NCBI GenBank assembly: GCA_964016885.1
Contig: OZ024740.1
Span: 207,700,001-207,764,000, forward strand
Direction: 5' to 3'
DNA: 64,000 nucleotides
Source: Eledone cirrhosa
Taxonomy: Eukaryota
Position 1 is the stretch's first letter, and each line of letters opens with the position of its first letter. Position numbers and translations under genes: made by a program. A model generated the notes under the pieces. The model had not been told where the DNA came from and searched no databases. It saw nothing but the letters and a program-made list of their open reading frames with translations. Below are positions 1 through 13,661 of the stretch, piece by piece.

Positions 1-1503
1 AGATAGTTAGAGAAAGAAAGACTTAGTGAAAGAGTGAGTTAGTGAAAGAGATAGTTAGAGAAAGAGAGAGTTAGAGAAAGAAAGAGTTAGTGAAAAAGAG
101 AGTTAGTGAAAGAGAGAGTTAGTGAAAGAGAGAGAGTTAGTGAAAGAGATAGTTAGTGAAAGAGAGAGAGTTAGTGAAAGAGATAGTTAGAGAAAGAAAG
201 AGTTAGTGAAAGAGAGAGTTAGTGAAAGAGATAGTTAGAGAAAGAGAGAGTTAGAGAAAGAGAGAGTTAGTGAAAGAGATAGTTAGAGAAAGAGAGAGTT
301 AGAGAAAGAGAGAGAGTTAGTGAAAGAGGTAGTTAGAGAAAGAGAGAGAGAGTTAGTGAAAGAGTGAGCTAGTGAAAGAGTGAGTTAGTGAAAGAGAGAG
401 AGTTAGTGAAAGAGATAGTTAGAGAAAGAGAGAGAGAGTTAGTGAAAGAGTGAGCTAGTGAAAGAGTGAGTTAGTGAAAGAGAGTGAGTTAGTGAAAGAG
501 AGAGAGTTAGTGAAAGAGAGAGAGTTAGTGAAAGAGAGAGTTAGTGAAAGAGAGAGTTAGTGAAAGAGATAGTTAGTGAAAGAGAGTTAGTGAAAGAGAG
601 AGTTAGTGAAAGAGATAGTTAGTGAAAGAGAGAGCGTTAGTGAAAGAAAGAGTTAGTGAAAGAGAGAGTTAGTGAAAGAGTGAGTTAGAGAAAGAGAGAG
701 TTAGTGAAAGAGAGAGAGTTAGTGAAAGAGGTAGTTAGAGAAAGAGAGAGAGAGTTAGTGAAAGAGTGAGCTAGTGAAAGAGTGAGTTAGTGAAAGAGAG
801 AGAGTTAGTGAAAGAGAGAGTTAGTGAAAGAGATAGTTAGAGAAAGAGAGAGAGAGAGTTAGTGAAAGAGATACTTAGTGAAAGAGAGAGAGTTAGTGAA
901 AGAAAGAGTTAGTGAAAGAGAGAGAGTTAGTGAAAGAGATAGTTAGAGAAAGAGAGAGAGAGTTAGTGAAAGAGAGAGTTAGTGAAAGAGAGAGAGTTAG
1001 TGAAAGAGATAGTTAGAGAAAGAGAGAGCGTTAGTGAAAAAGAGAGAGTTAGTGAAAGAGAGAGTTAGTGATAGAGGGAGAGTTAGTGAAAGAGAGATTT
1101 AGTGAAAGAGAGAGAGTTAGTGAAAGAGAGAGTTAGTGAAAGAGATAGTTAGTGAAAGAGAGAGTGTTAGTGAAAGAGAGAGTTAGTGAAAGAGATAGTT
1201 AGTGAAAGAGAGAGAGTTAGTGAAAGAGATAGTTAGTGAAAGAGAGAGTTAGTGAAAGAGATAGTTAGAGAAAGAGAGAGAGAGAGTTAGTGAAAGAGAG
1301 AGTTAGTGAAAGAGAGAGAGTTAGTGAAAGAGATAGTTAGTGAAAGAGATAGTTAGTGAAAGAGAGAGTGTTAGTGAAAGAGAGAGTTAGTGAAAGAGAG
1401 AATTAGTGAAAGAGATAGTTAGAGAAAGAGAGAGAGAGTTAGTGAAAGAGAGAGTTAGTGAAAGAGAGAGAGTTAGTGAAAGAGAGAGTTAGTGAAAGAG
1501 ATA
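1..1503. repeat. Minisatellite, 18-22 bp unit GTTAGTGAAAGAGA(GA)n
   Basis: Directly visible tandem repeat with variable GA tract and GATA/GTGA variants. Confidence 0.95.
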
Positions 1504-2489
1504 TGTTTCTTTTATTTGCCACTAGGGCATCAAAAGTGGGACAAGTACAAAGGGGGGAGTTTACACAAAAAGGCGTCCTCAATAAGGAGGAGGCAATAAC
1601 AAAATATAAAAATAAAATAAGATATAACAAAAAATAAAATTTTTAACAAAATCCTCAATAGAGAGGAGGCGCCTTGGGGGGTCGCACACCCCCCCGAAAA
1701 AAGTGTGCAACCCTTCTCCTCAGGAGCACAGAGAAGGGGTGCTCCCTTGGTCTTTCATCTTCCTCACCTATAGTCTGATGTAGAGTGAAGGCCCATTCAC
1801 ACGGGCCATTCTCGCCACTTTCACCCATCTTTCATAGAAACGGCTGGGGTGCAGCACCTCTCTCTCCATCCTGATCCTTCTTCCGAAATGATATCGGAAG
1901 AAACGGACCAGTTGTTGGCCAGAGAGAAAGGTGCCTGACCTCAGTCCTTTCAGACGCGTCCACCATACAACCTCTTTCGCCATGGCTATTACGCACAGAA
2001 ACACCGCCTCTGCTTCATCTTTGAAGGGGGGAGGCGGCTTGATCATTACAATAGACTCGGTGGTCAACCGGATCGGTCCCACCCTTGACAGCAGTTGTTC
2101 GACATAGCCCCACAGATCGGCTACGCACGAGCAGTGTACCAATGCGTGTGCAACGGTTTCCTCGTCGCACGCGCATCTGGGACAGATCTTTTTGGCGGGG
2201 TCCCTACCCGGGCGCCCGTGTCTGTAGAGCCTTTCTCGAACGGGTAAAGCCCCTCGGTAGCACTGCCAGGCCAGGGACTTCTGGAAGTTGTCCATAGGTC
2301 CCGGGCTGAATGTCCTACCGAACAGGCTGGCCAGTTCGTCCTCCTCCATGTCTAGGGCTTCTCCGAGGGCGTCGTCGCACCTGCTGCGTACCAGCCCTCT
2401 ATAGAATGTTGCGGTGGAGTCTCCACTGATAACCGGATCCGCCTGCCAGAGGGCGGTGAGCGCCTGGGCACACTCAGTGTGCCAGGCGC
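1504..2489 (-). mobile_element. 5'-truncated Tx1/L1-like LINE (ORF2 C-terminus with zf-RVT-like CCHC motif, plus 3' UTR)
   Basis: ORF 1768..2349: WQCYRGALPVRERL...CPRCACDEETVAHALVHC; AATAAA at the 3' end; GAAAGAGATA on both flanks (1494-1503, 2490-2499) is a possible target-site duplication (TSD). Confidence 0.85.
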
Positions 2490-3210
2490 GAAAGAGATAG
2501 TTAGTGAAAGAGAGAGTGTTAGTGAAAGAGAGAGTTAGTGAAAGAGATAGTTAGTGAAAGAGAGAGAGTTAGTGAAAGAGAGAGTTAGTGAAAGAGAGAG
2601 AGTTAGTGAAAGAGAGAGTTAGTGAAAGAGAGAGTTAGTGAAAGAGATAGTTAGAGAAAGAGAGAGAGAGAGTTAGTGAAAGAGAGAGTTAGTGAAAGAG
2701 AGAGAGTTAGTGAAAGAGATAGTTAGTGAAAGAGATAGTTAGTGAAAGAGAGAGTGTTAGTGAAAGAGAGAGTTAGTGAAAGAGAGAGTTAGAGAAAGAG
2801 AGAGAGAGTTAGTGAAAGAGAGAGTTAGTGAAAGAGAGAGAGTTAGTGAAAGAGATAGTTAGTGAAAGAGATAGTTAGTGAAAGAGAGAGTTAGTGAAAG
2901 AGAGAGTTAGTGAAAGGGATAATTAGTGAAAGAGAGAGTTAGTGAAAGAGATAGTTAGTGAAAGAGAGAGTTAGTGAAAGGGATAATTAGTGAAAGAGAG
3001 AGTTAGTGAAAGAGATAGTTAGTGAAAGAGAGAGAGTTAGTGAAAGAGATAGTTAGTGAAAGAGAGAGTTAGTGAAAGAGATAGTTAGTGAAAGAGAGAG
3101 TTAGTGAAAGAGAGAGTTAGTGAAAGAGAGAGAGTTAGTGAAAGAGATAGTTAGTTAAAGAGAGAGTTAGTGAAAGAGAGAGTTAGTGAAAGGGATAGTT
3201 AGAGAAAGAG
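2490..3210. repeat. Continuation of the GTTAGTGAAAGAGA minisatellite
   Basis: Same unit as 1-1503. Confidence 0.95.
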
Positions 3211-3509
3211 AGGAGAGAGAGAGACGAGAAGCGGTGAGAGAGAGGGAGAAAGAGAGAGAGAGAGGAAGAGAGAGAGAGAGAGAGTGGGAGAGAGAGGGAG
3301 AGAACGGGAGAGAGAGGGAGAGAGTGAGATAGTGAGAGTAAGAGAGAGAGACAGACAGAAAGAGAGAGCGAGAGTCATTGGGTAATGTACCCTAATCAAC
3401 AGGCATTTATACAACATCTGTATAGAATCAATCATTCACGTAGACACATATAAACACACATATATATAAACACACACACATAAATCTTGTATACATATGT
3501 CTAAAGTCT

Positions 3510-3750
3510 GTCTCGAGCCCAGAGGGTTATCAGGCCGGTTTTTATCCTGGTTTCCGTGACGTTAAGCAACTGAGAGTACAACTCCACCACTAGACACGAT
3601 GCTAGCCCATCGCAAGATTAAACCTCCAGCTACTGCTGGTACTCATTTTCAGCTGAGTATACTGGAGTAACAAAATAACACACAACCCAGTCCAGGAATG
3701 TAACATACGATGTTATGATCATAAGCCCAACACGCTTACCACTAGGACAC
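3510..3750 (-). mobile_element. Degenerate SINE-like repeat
   Basis: Shares actcattttcagctgagt..actggag and a tRNA-like head remnant with the SINEs at 3780 and 46885. Confidence 0.5.
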
Positions 3751-3779
3751 GTGTACGGAACATACACGAAAAAAAAGTA

Positions 3780-4102
3780 AAGACCCTCTAAGATTTGCAC
3801 CTAGAAAGTTCCGCTCCGACCGAAGCACAAGTCCGGGCAAGGTTGTTTTGTGGATGACCAGCTGTCACCCATGCATACCACTCTCCCTTCTGTACGCCAC
3901 TGATGGTTTTTCAAGAAAAGGCAATGGGCAACACAGCTTGGCACCAGTGACGTCGCAACTCATTTCTACAGCTGAGTAAACTGGATCAATTTGAAATAAA
4001 GTGTCTTGCTCAAGGATACAACGCAAAGCCCGGCCCGAGAATAGAATTTACAAGCTCACGATTGTAAGCCCGATGCTATAACCACTAAGTCATGCGCCTT
4101 CA
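3780..4102 (-). mobile_element. tRNA-derived SINE
   Basis: aaataaagtgtcttgctcaagga(t)acaacgc core and a tRNA-like head; head and core homologous to 46885-47207. Confidence 0.75.
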
Positions 4103-5169
4103 CAAACACCTACATATTTCTATTTTGCAAGGAGATTTCCCTCATCATCTGTTAAGAGGAGATCACAGCAATCCCGGTACCTTCAGACAATATTGCGCCC
4201 ACCAATGAGACCAAGCTAACAGGAAATATCCGAATTCTTTAAATAAACACTACTGGACGCCCATTTCTCTCCTTCTATCCATATAACCAGCTTATTAAAC
4301 TAGAAGTTGCTGAAACTATTTCAAATATGCTGCGAATGTTTTGTTTTGTTGTGCCATACCTTGGGGAATTTAAAACCCTGATGGAGTCGTAGGCAGGGCT
4401 GTTGTCTTGACATACGGTGGGTGTTAGTCATTTTAAACTTGATGGTGGCCATCCGCATGCGAGAGAGAGAGAGGGGAGAGGGGAGGGGAGTGAAAAGAGA
4501 GAGAGAGCGGGGAGAGGGGAGGGGATGGGAAAAGAGAGAGAGAGAGGGATGATGGGAGAGGAGAAGGGAGAAGGAGATAGAGAGGTGAGAAAGATAAAAG
4601 TAAGAGAGAGGGAGGGAGAGAAATCGCCTCTAGTACTGAACTGTATTTTTATTTGTCGATCATACGAATATTTTTGTCTCGTAATAAAGCATGCTTCCGC
4701 AATTTGTATGAGAACGATGGTGGTATTGGGGGATAGTGGTGGTAGGGGTAGTAGTGTTGGTATGGGTGGTAGTAATGGTGTAGTGGTGTTTGCGTTGGTA
4801 GTGAGTATGTGTATGTATGTATATTTTTCTTGAGCCCGAGACTCCTAGTCTTCATTAAAACATCTCTCTAGGAGAAGGTCACTCTGATATAAAACCTGCA
4901 ATTTGTTTGCATCCAATGATATAGACGAGTTCTAATTTCTGGGAAAATGTTCAGAGGGTGGGATTGGCCCCGTACAAAGCCTTTCCTCACTTTAAAAAGC
5001 TTCAAGCACAGGCATCGCTTGATATGTGACATTTTTTGCGATACGTTGTATTGCTGACCATAGGCAAGTCCCTAGTAGGAATAAAAAGCCACGTCCGTGA
5101 TGCTCATGCTTAAGTATCAAGCGATGGCAATACTCGAAACCGAGATGCAGTCATTAGGTTTGTATGTAT

Positions 5170-6288
5170 GTTCTTTTGGTTTTATAAGTTCATAAATTTT
5201 TCCTCAATAGAGAGAGAGTCGGTTTCTAACATAGACACAAGACTCTCTCATTGGAATTTACACATCAACTTGGTAGATTATGTATGCATGCATGTGTAGA
5301 TATGGATGTTATTGTATGTGTGGATGTGGATGTTTTGAGTTGTATGTGTGCATATGTATATGCTTTGTATCTGTACATGTGTATATGCAGTTATTAGGTG
5401 CACACTTTTTGGAATGTTTTACATATTTTTACTGTTCCATTAATGGATTGTACTTGTAATTTCCTAACTAGTTGTGTTCTTTCTGTTCCTGTGAAGCCTA
5501 GCTTCTCAAGATTTGTATTGAGGCAGTTACTAACATATCCCAGTGCCCCAGTAATCGCAGGCATAAATCTGAAGGTGTAATCAGGGTGGAGTATCTGCAG
5601 ATTTCTCATTAGTTCTGCATAGATATTCTCCTTTTCGTTAATCTTTGATATTATATTGGCATCTGCTGGGCATCTAATTTCCACTAATGTGCATGCTTTC
5701 TTCTCCCTGTCCAATATCATAATATCTGGTTTGTTATGCCTGCATTTTATTGGGGTTTTACTGGAACATTCCACCAGTACTCTTTCATATTATGTACATG
5801 AATGTCTTCCACATTACTGTAGCTTTTAATGTGTTTATTATCGGGGCTATCTTTTTTACGAACTGCATTGTACAGTGTTATGGCCACTACATCATGCCTC
5901 ATAGGTAGATAGTACCGCGATGACATCTTTGGACAACTGCTGATGAGATGGATGATATCCTCGATGTTAGTCCTGCAGAGTCTGCACTTGTTACCACATC
6001 TAGGTGTTTTGCCTGCATCCCTATCTCTTTTGTGAATCAGGTATTTCGTGCTAATCTCCTGTTCTTGGATTACAAAAGCGTATCCTTCAAAGTGGGAGCC
6101 AATATAGCGGTTGTTGGTCCAAGATAGACTACTTTCCTTATCTATATTACTCTCACTCTGGAGCTTCCTGGCAACATATCCATGCATGATTTTTTGCTGA
6201 TAAGCATGCAGTTTTTCACCTATGGATTCACTGCGATACTGCTGAGCGACTTCCCTGGGTGTGAGTTTTTGATTATCACACAGGGAAT
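5170..6288 (-). mobile_element. R4/Dong-like non-LTR retrotransposon 3' fragment (CCHC knuckle + restriction-like endonuclease, REL), frameshifted
   Basis: CRLC..EDIIHLISSC..RHDVVA, then EYWWN..NKPDIMILD..VEIRCP..GALG..KICKTF; both ends abut TATG repeats. Confidence 0.85.
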
Positions 6289-6331
6289 ATGTATGTACGT
6301 ATGTATGTATGTACGTACGTATCTATGTATG

Positions 6332-6900
6332 TTCTTCTAATTTTGCAATTTTATAAATTTTTACCAATAACTCTTTCATTGGTATTTACACATCAACTAG
6401 ATGTCTGCATGCGTGTATGTGTGTTATTGTATGTGTGGATGTGTATGTTTTGAGTTATATGTGAACATGTGTATATGTTTTGTATCTATACATGTATACA
6501 TACAGTCGTTACATGCAGAAGTTTTGCAATGTTTTACATATTTTAACTGTTCCATTAATGGATTGTTATTGCCATTTCCTAACTAGTTGTGTTCTTTCTG
6601 TTCCTGTGAAGCACAGCTTCTCCAGATTTGTATTGATGCAGTTACTAACATATCCCAGTGCCCCAATAATCACAGGTATAAATCTGAAGGTATAATCAGG
6701 GTGGAGTATCTGCAGATTTCTCATTAGTTCTGCATAGATATTCTCCTTTTCGCTAATCTTTGATATTATATTGGCATCTGCTGGGCAGCTAACTCTCTTT
6801 ACTGTGCATGCCTTCTTCTCCCTGTCCCATATCATTATATCTGGTCTGTTATGCCTGCATTTTATTGGGGGTTTTACTGGAACATTCCACCAGTACTCTA
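6332..6900 (-). mobile_element. Second, shorter copy of the same R4/Dong-like 3' end
   Basis: Nearly co-linear with 5170-5785 (NRPDIMIWD..SCPAD..GALG); 3' end abuts TATG repeat. Confidence 0.85.
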
Positions 6901-7091
6901 TGTACGCATGTACAAATAGAATGATAACCATAACAAGTAAAATGAAATTGTCACATGATCCATATGACAGGTGCAATGTGTCCGAGCCCCCACTGTCATC
7001 GCCTCCATCTCTCTCGCCCTCCCCATCTCTCTGTATTGTGAGCAAATGGGGTCTCATATGTATGTATATTTGTATATATGTATGTATTTAT

Positions 7092-7361
7092 GTATGTATG
7101 TTTATTTGTATGTTATCTCTTTCTCTTAATTTCGAGTATATTTTTTTGACCGGCCACCTTCCTGGTGGCAAGGTTGTAAAAGAAAAGAAATTGCCATCCC
7201 TTGAATCGCAAAAATGTTTTGCAAATTTTGAAGGTGCCAGCTATCGCAGCCATTTGTAGACTATGAATTAGGGAGCTGCGCTCTTTGTCCGCAAATCCAA
7301 GTTCAGTCATACTTTGGTCCAAACGGGTTGGTATATAACCCGTAGCTCCAATAATGATGGG
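7092..7361 (-). mobile_element. R4/Dong-like subfamily B 3' fragment
   Basis: PIIIGATGY..LGF..LQMAAIAGTFKICKTFL; embedded in (TATG)n on both sides. Confidence 0.8.
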
Positions 7362-8057
7362 TATGTATGTATGTATGTATGTATGTATGTATGTATGTAT
7401 GTATGTATGTATGTATGAATGTATGTATGTATGTATGAATGAATGAATGTATGTTTGTATGTATGTATGTATGTATGCATTTATGTATGTATGTATGTAT
7501 GCATGTACGTTTGTGTGTATGTATGTATTTATGTATGTATGTGTGTATGGAGTTGTTATAGTATACGTATATGTCTAGTGTGGTGCTGCAATTATATCGC
7601 AGTTATTATTGTTGATATTGTTGTAGCAATGACTGTAGTGTCGCAACATATTATGTCAGTAATAGTGGAATTGAACTAGTTTCCTTTGAACAGTTGTCTC
7701 CGTGGAGATAACTAAACTGTCCCATCGGCAACAGACGTAGCACAGAAATCAACTATATGTAGATAAAACGAGAGATAATAGACCAGGATGGCGAAAAGTA
7801 TTCCACGCTAATGTAGTTTTGCAAATGTGATAGACGTATTGTAGAAATATGTGTTCAATTATTGTAATTTCAATTCCTGGTTGTTATTCTAGTATTCTGG
7901 TGTTCTGTTATTCTGGAATTCTGACAAAACAATTGCAATACAACAAAGCAAGACATTTATTCCTGTTATTCAAGTCAGTTATTGTATTAGAACACAAACA
8001 TACACATACACGTGCAAAACAAAGAGATACATACAATTGTTTATATATATATTTGCA

Positions 8058-8145
<88 letters not shown>

Positions 8146-8449
8146 CACACTCTCATTCACATATACAAATATAATACTAGACACCCCCATGACCCGTTGG
8201 GTCACGTTCACTTCAAAATATTTTTTTTAAAAATCATGTTCATTTAAAAATAGTTTTAAAATAATTAAAATATACACAGACATGTATATAATGTGAAATG
8301 AAACTGGAAGGCACATATATATATATATATGTGTGTATATGTATATATATATATACGTGTGTGTATGTATGTATATATAAATGTGTGTGTATATATATAT
8401 GTGGGTGCATGTGATCTATATACATTGGTTATAGACACACACACACACA

Positions 8450-8585
<136 letters not shown>

Positions 8586-8947
8586 CTCACTTATATATAT
8601 ATATACAACACCACCAGCTCTCTAGTCCATTCTCCTTCTCTGTCTCCTCTCCTTCTCTCTATGTTTCTCTTTTAATCTACTCTCTCACAACCATTATCTC
8701 TTCCTTTCTATCTTCCTCTCTCTTTCTCTCTCGAGAAGCCGTGGTCTGATTTATGCGAAACTTGTTTTATACCATTTGTATTCCCATTTCAGGGGCAACT
8801 TCCTTTCAAAGTATTACATTACAGACAAGAAAGCAAGCAATCACTGACATTTAGTAATGTGTATGTATGTATGTATGTATGTATGTATGTATGTATGTAT
8901 GTATGTATGTATGTATGTATGTATGTATGTATGAATATATGTATGTA

Positions 8948-11525
8948 TTGAATGCTGCTCGTCTTAAGGATAAAAATGTGAAGAGGACATTGGAAGAAGA
9001 GATGCAGGCTGCAGATCTTGGTGAGGATTGGCCGACCTTAAAAAGTCGGTTTATGATGTAGGCAGGCGTGTTCTGGGATTGGCGCAGAGGAAACATCAGG
9101 ACTGGTTTGATGAGAATGATGTACATATAGAGGACTTGTTGGCTGATAAGAGGCCTGCTCTGTCATGCTACTTGACGGCAAAACCACAGGAGAGAAATAC
9201 GTTGCATGAGGAACTCAGGGATGTAAAATCACGTGTTAGGCGGAGTCTTTCTCAGATGAAGGATCAGTGGTGGAGTGAGAAGGCTGGTGAGATACAAACT
9301 GCGTCTGATTCCAATAACACAAAGCTGTTGTACAGTCTCTTGCGTGAGATTTATGGACCGTCTTCTTCTCTTGTGACACCGCTTCGCAGCAAGGATGGCA
9401 AAGAACTTCTTCGTGACTCACAAGGAATTCTACGAAGGTGGCGAGAGCACTTTGATGATCTTTTGAATCAGCCGTCTGTCGTCAGTGAAGATTTCCTCAA
9501 TCTCATTCCAGAAAGTCCTGTGAAAGTAGCTCTCGCAGAACCTCCGACGCTTGTGGAGGTTGCAGTGGCTATTTCGAAGCTGAACAGTGGAAGATCTCCA
9601 GGTATGGATGGCATACATGCTGAGCTCCTACAATATGGTGGTGAGAGACTCCTGCAACATCTTCACTCTTTGTTTGGCAGGATATGGGCTAATGAATCCG
9701 TACCTGAGGACTGGAGATATGCAGTAATGGTGGTCTTGTACATGGGAAAGGGTAACAGGAACGATTGTGGGAACTACAGAGGTATATCATTGCTTTCTGT
9801 CGTAGGGAAAGTTTTATGTAGGGTGCTTCTGGACCGTCTGCTGACACACATTGAAGATTGTGTTCTTCCTGAAAGTCAATCTGGTTTTTGTGCTGGACGC
9901 GGCACTACTGATATGATCTTCTCAGCTAGACAGCTCCAGGAGAAGTGCATGGAACAAGGCTTGGATCTGTATCAGGTTTTTGTCGATATGACAAAAGCTT
10001 TCGATACTGTTAACAGAGATGCATTATGGAAGGTTCTCCAGAATCTTGGTTGCCCTGATAAGTTCCTTGCTTTAGTTAGGTCTTTCCATGACGACATGAA
10101 GGCTTGGGTTAATGTCGGGGGTAACATGTCGGAGCCTATCTCAGTAAAAAATGGTGTGAAACAGGGGGATATTCCAGCACCGACCCTGTTTGCCATATAC
10201 TTTGCAATGGTTTTCTATATTACATTGAGGAATTGCGAGCATGGTGTTTACATCCGATATCGAACCTCAGGCAGCATATTTAACATCAGGCGCTTTGCTG
10301 CAAAAACAAAAGTATTTACATCAATCATAAGAGACCTCTTGTATGCAGATGATTGCGATCTTGTAGCGCACATAGAGTGATATACAGCACATTTTGAATG
10401 CATTTTCTGTTCTTGCACTGCCCTAGGATTGACTGTCAGTCTCAAGAAAACCGTCGTCATGTAGCAACCTGCCCCCCGTACAGTGAACCAAATATCTATG
10501 TGTATGGTAAACGACTTGGAGTGGTTGATAAGTTTGTCTACATGGGAAGCACTGTCAATCGATACAGCATCCTTGATAGTGAAATCCCACCCAGGATTAG
10601 GAAAGCAAGTGATGCTTTCGGAAAGCTAGAAAGGCGACTCTGGGGTCGGCGTGATATATGCAAGAAGACAAAGGTAAAGGTGTACAAGGCATGTGTGCTC
10701 TCTTCTCTTCTTTATACCTGCGAGACCTGGGTCATATATCGACAGCACCTTAAGCAATTGGAGCGTTTCCATCAGATGTGTCTCAGACGGGTCCATGGCG
10801 TTCACTGGAGGAACCACATCAGTGATGTCGAGATTTTGGAAAGCTCTATGTGTGACAGTATAGAAGCTCTTGTGCTTAAGCAACGACTCCGTTGGAGTGG
10901 TCACCTTGCCAGGATGAAGTATTCTAGAATACCAAAACAACTCTTTTATGGAGAGTTAGTTAGAGTAAAACGACCGCCACATAAACCAAAAAAGAGGTAT
11001 AAGGATTCCTTGAAAGCCTCTCTGAAAGACGCTAACATCTCTGCTGATACATGGGAAAATATTGCTGCTGATCGTAATAAATGGAGAAATAGTGTATAAT
11101 GAGGGAAAAGTTGCCTTTGAGGGATCTAGAATCGCATACGAGAAAGTAAAGCGGGATGTGAGGAAGGGCATTGCTGTCGCACTTCCAGATGGTGAGGGTC
11201 TTCCTAAGGTGCTGACATGCAGCGTATGTGCGAGACTCTGCCTAAGCAAAGCTAAGCTGGACTCGAAAGTCATCTTCGCAGTCATAAAGTAAGACCAGTG
11301 GTTGACTACCAGGCTGCTGTTGGAGATGCTACTCATCATGCTTGCCAAACATGTGGTTGAGAATGTAAATCAGCAGGAGGGCTCAAGCGACATGCAAAGG
11401 TACACGAACTCCAACCACAGCCGACTATTCCCAGTAAATGTTTTGGTTGCCGACTCTGTGCAAGACATTTTAGATCATTGGCTGCGCTAAAAAGCCACAT
11501 TCGATCGCGGCGCTGTTAGTTGCTA
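8948..11525 (+). mobile_element. RTE-clade LINE, 5'-truncated and disrupted: reverse transcriptase (RT) plus three C-terminal C2H2 zinc fingers
   Basis: ORF 9028..10380: SPGMDGI, NYRGISLLS, ESQSGF, FVDMTKAFDTV, GVKQG, LLYADD; ORF 10398..11099: LLYTCETW, RLRWSGHLARM; stops and frameshifts. Confidence 0.93.
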
Positions 11526-11654
11526 TCGTGTGTGTGTGTGTGTAGATATGCTTATGTGTGTGCGTGTGTGTGTATATATATATGTATATGTATATTATTA
11601 TTGTTGTTGTCGCTATTATTATTATTGTTGTTATTATTATTATTATTATGAGAG

Positions 11655-11952
11655 AAGCAAGAATGGCCCGAGTGAATGGGCCTACTCTGAGTATATATCT
11701 GTAAATTAAAGGTGGAAAACTGGGAGAGGGCACTTGCCTTGGTGGTCAGGGTCATTGTGGCCTTTTACTGGGCTTTCTTCACAAATGTCCCTCCGAAGTC
11801 TCCCCCCTATTGGGGAATTTTTCATTGTTATTTTTTGTTACATCCTCTGTTTTTGTTTTTACACGCAGAAATGCCCATTCGTACCGTCCTGTATTGTCCT
11901 GCACTGTCCTTAATGTCTACTTTATGTAAACCCTTGTGGTTAATAAAGAAAT
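11655..11952 (+). mobile_element. Tx1/L1-like extreme 3' fragment within (TTA)n
   Basis: gcaagaatggcccgagtgaatgggcctact = ARMARVNGPT, matching the ORF end of 1768..2349; ends aataaagaaat. Confidence 0.75.
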
Positions 11953-11999
11953 CATTATTATTGTTATTAATGTATGTCTGTGTGTATATGTGTGTGTGA

Positions 12000-12031
<32 letters not shown>

Positions 12032-12238
12032 ATAGTATATTTATATATATATATATTATCTTCCTTTTTTTTTTAATTTTCTTTTTATTTATTTATTATT
12101 ATTATTTTTTTTTTCTTCCTCCTCGTGCAATGGCCATACTCGATAACGAGGGGAGCAGCCATCATGTATGTATGTATGTATGTATGTATGTATGTATGTA
12201 TGTATGTATGTATGTATGTATGTATGTATGTATGTATG

Positions 12239-12406
12239 TTATCTCTTTCTCTTAATTTCGAGTATATTTTTTGAACCCGGCCACCTTTCCTGGTGGCAAG
12301 GTTGCAAAAGAAAAGAAATTGTCTTCTCTTGAATCGCAAGAATGTTTTGCAAATTTTGAAGGTGCCAGCTATCGCAGCCATTTGTAGACTATGAATTAGG
12401 GAGCTG
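12239..12406 (-). mobile_element. R4/Dong-like subfamily B 3' fragment
   Basis: Near-identical to 7092-7280; (TATG)n on both sides. Confidence 0.8.
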
Positions 12407-13661
12407 TATGTATGTATGTATGTATGTATGTATGTATGTATGTATGTATGTATGTATGTATGTATGTATGTATGGTATCTTACCGTTTTAAGAGCTATAT
12501 ATATTTAACGAAGGATATTTTAAAGAAATTGTTAGATAGATTAACATGATTGTTGGATGTAATGATTTAGTTTATATATAAATGTTTACTCACTTCAGTC
12601 AAAAATAACAATAAACATATTACCACGAGTTGCGCAAGTTGACAATGTTATTTTCGTTGTTGATTCATGAGGCTGTTGTAGTCTGAGACCAAGAGAAAGA
12701 GAGAGAGGGTAATGGTCTGTAATTGACTGTAGAACACTGTGGCCTGTAGATAGCAGTGAATCCTTACATGGCTGGTCTGTATGGTAGTGCTCCGATCTCT
12801 CTGTATCTAAGGTGGGAAAATATAGGACTTTATATACCTGTCGCTTTCTGTCTCCCACCTTGAGGGGATAGCCCACGCATGAACCTGTTCACACCAAAAG
12901 GGTGGTGACCTAGAGTTTGACCTTTAGGTGTCACCCAAGGTTCAGGGCGTGGACATATTTCGCTACATTAGTTCCCTAGCCAGATCGATGCAGGAGCACC
13001 GATCGATATAAAAGTGGTAGCGAAATCTGATAGTAGAAGCGTCTCCCAAAACACACAAAATGTGGGTACTGCGCTCGCATTTCGAGTGCAGAGAAATTTG
13101 GAGAAGAGAGAAGAAAAAAAAATATATCGTATAACTGTGTATGCATGTGTGTGTGTAACATTTAGAAGAAACTGTAAATATACAAAGTTGTGATCATGTA
13201 TTTCGAACTGTTGTGTATGGATGGATGGACGTTGGGGTTACGGTATCGGAATACGATATGATAACACAGAGGACTATTCTCTCGATGTATCTCATACGTA
13301 AGATTCTCTTCTACGCTATCACATGAGTGAGTGCAAGTTTGAGTTGCGTGCTTGAGTGAGTCCAAGTGAGTAGTAACCGTGGGTTGATTATCATGTGTTT
13401 AATATCTGTTGCCGTACCTCGACCAGTTGAAAAGTGCTCTCGCTGACCCAACCGAATCCAGAATATAACATAGACAAAAACATGTTGTGTGTGACAAAGA
13501 AAATGATGTGTGTTTGATGCAAAACGTGTATATTGATACAGGCATATAATATAGTGAAACAAATAAAAAAAATAAAATGAACGTTCATATATAACTGCAA
13601 ACATTTTTTTTAAATATTTATATAATTGTTCTTTACAAAAAGTTCAGTTTCTCTTCTTTAT

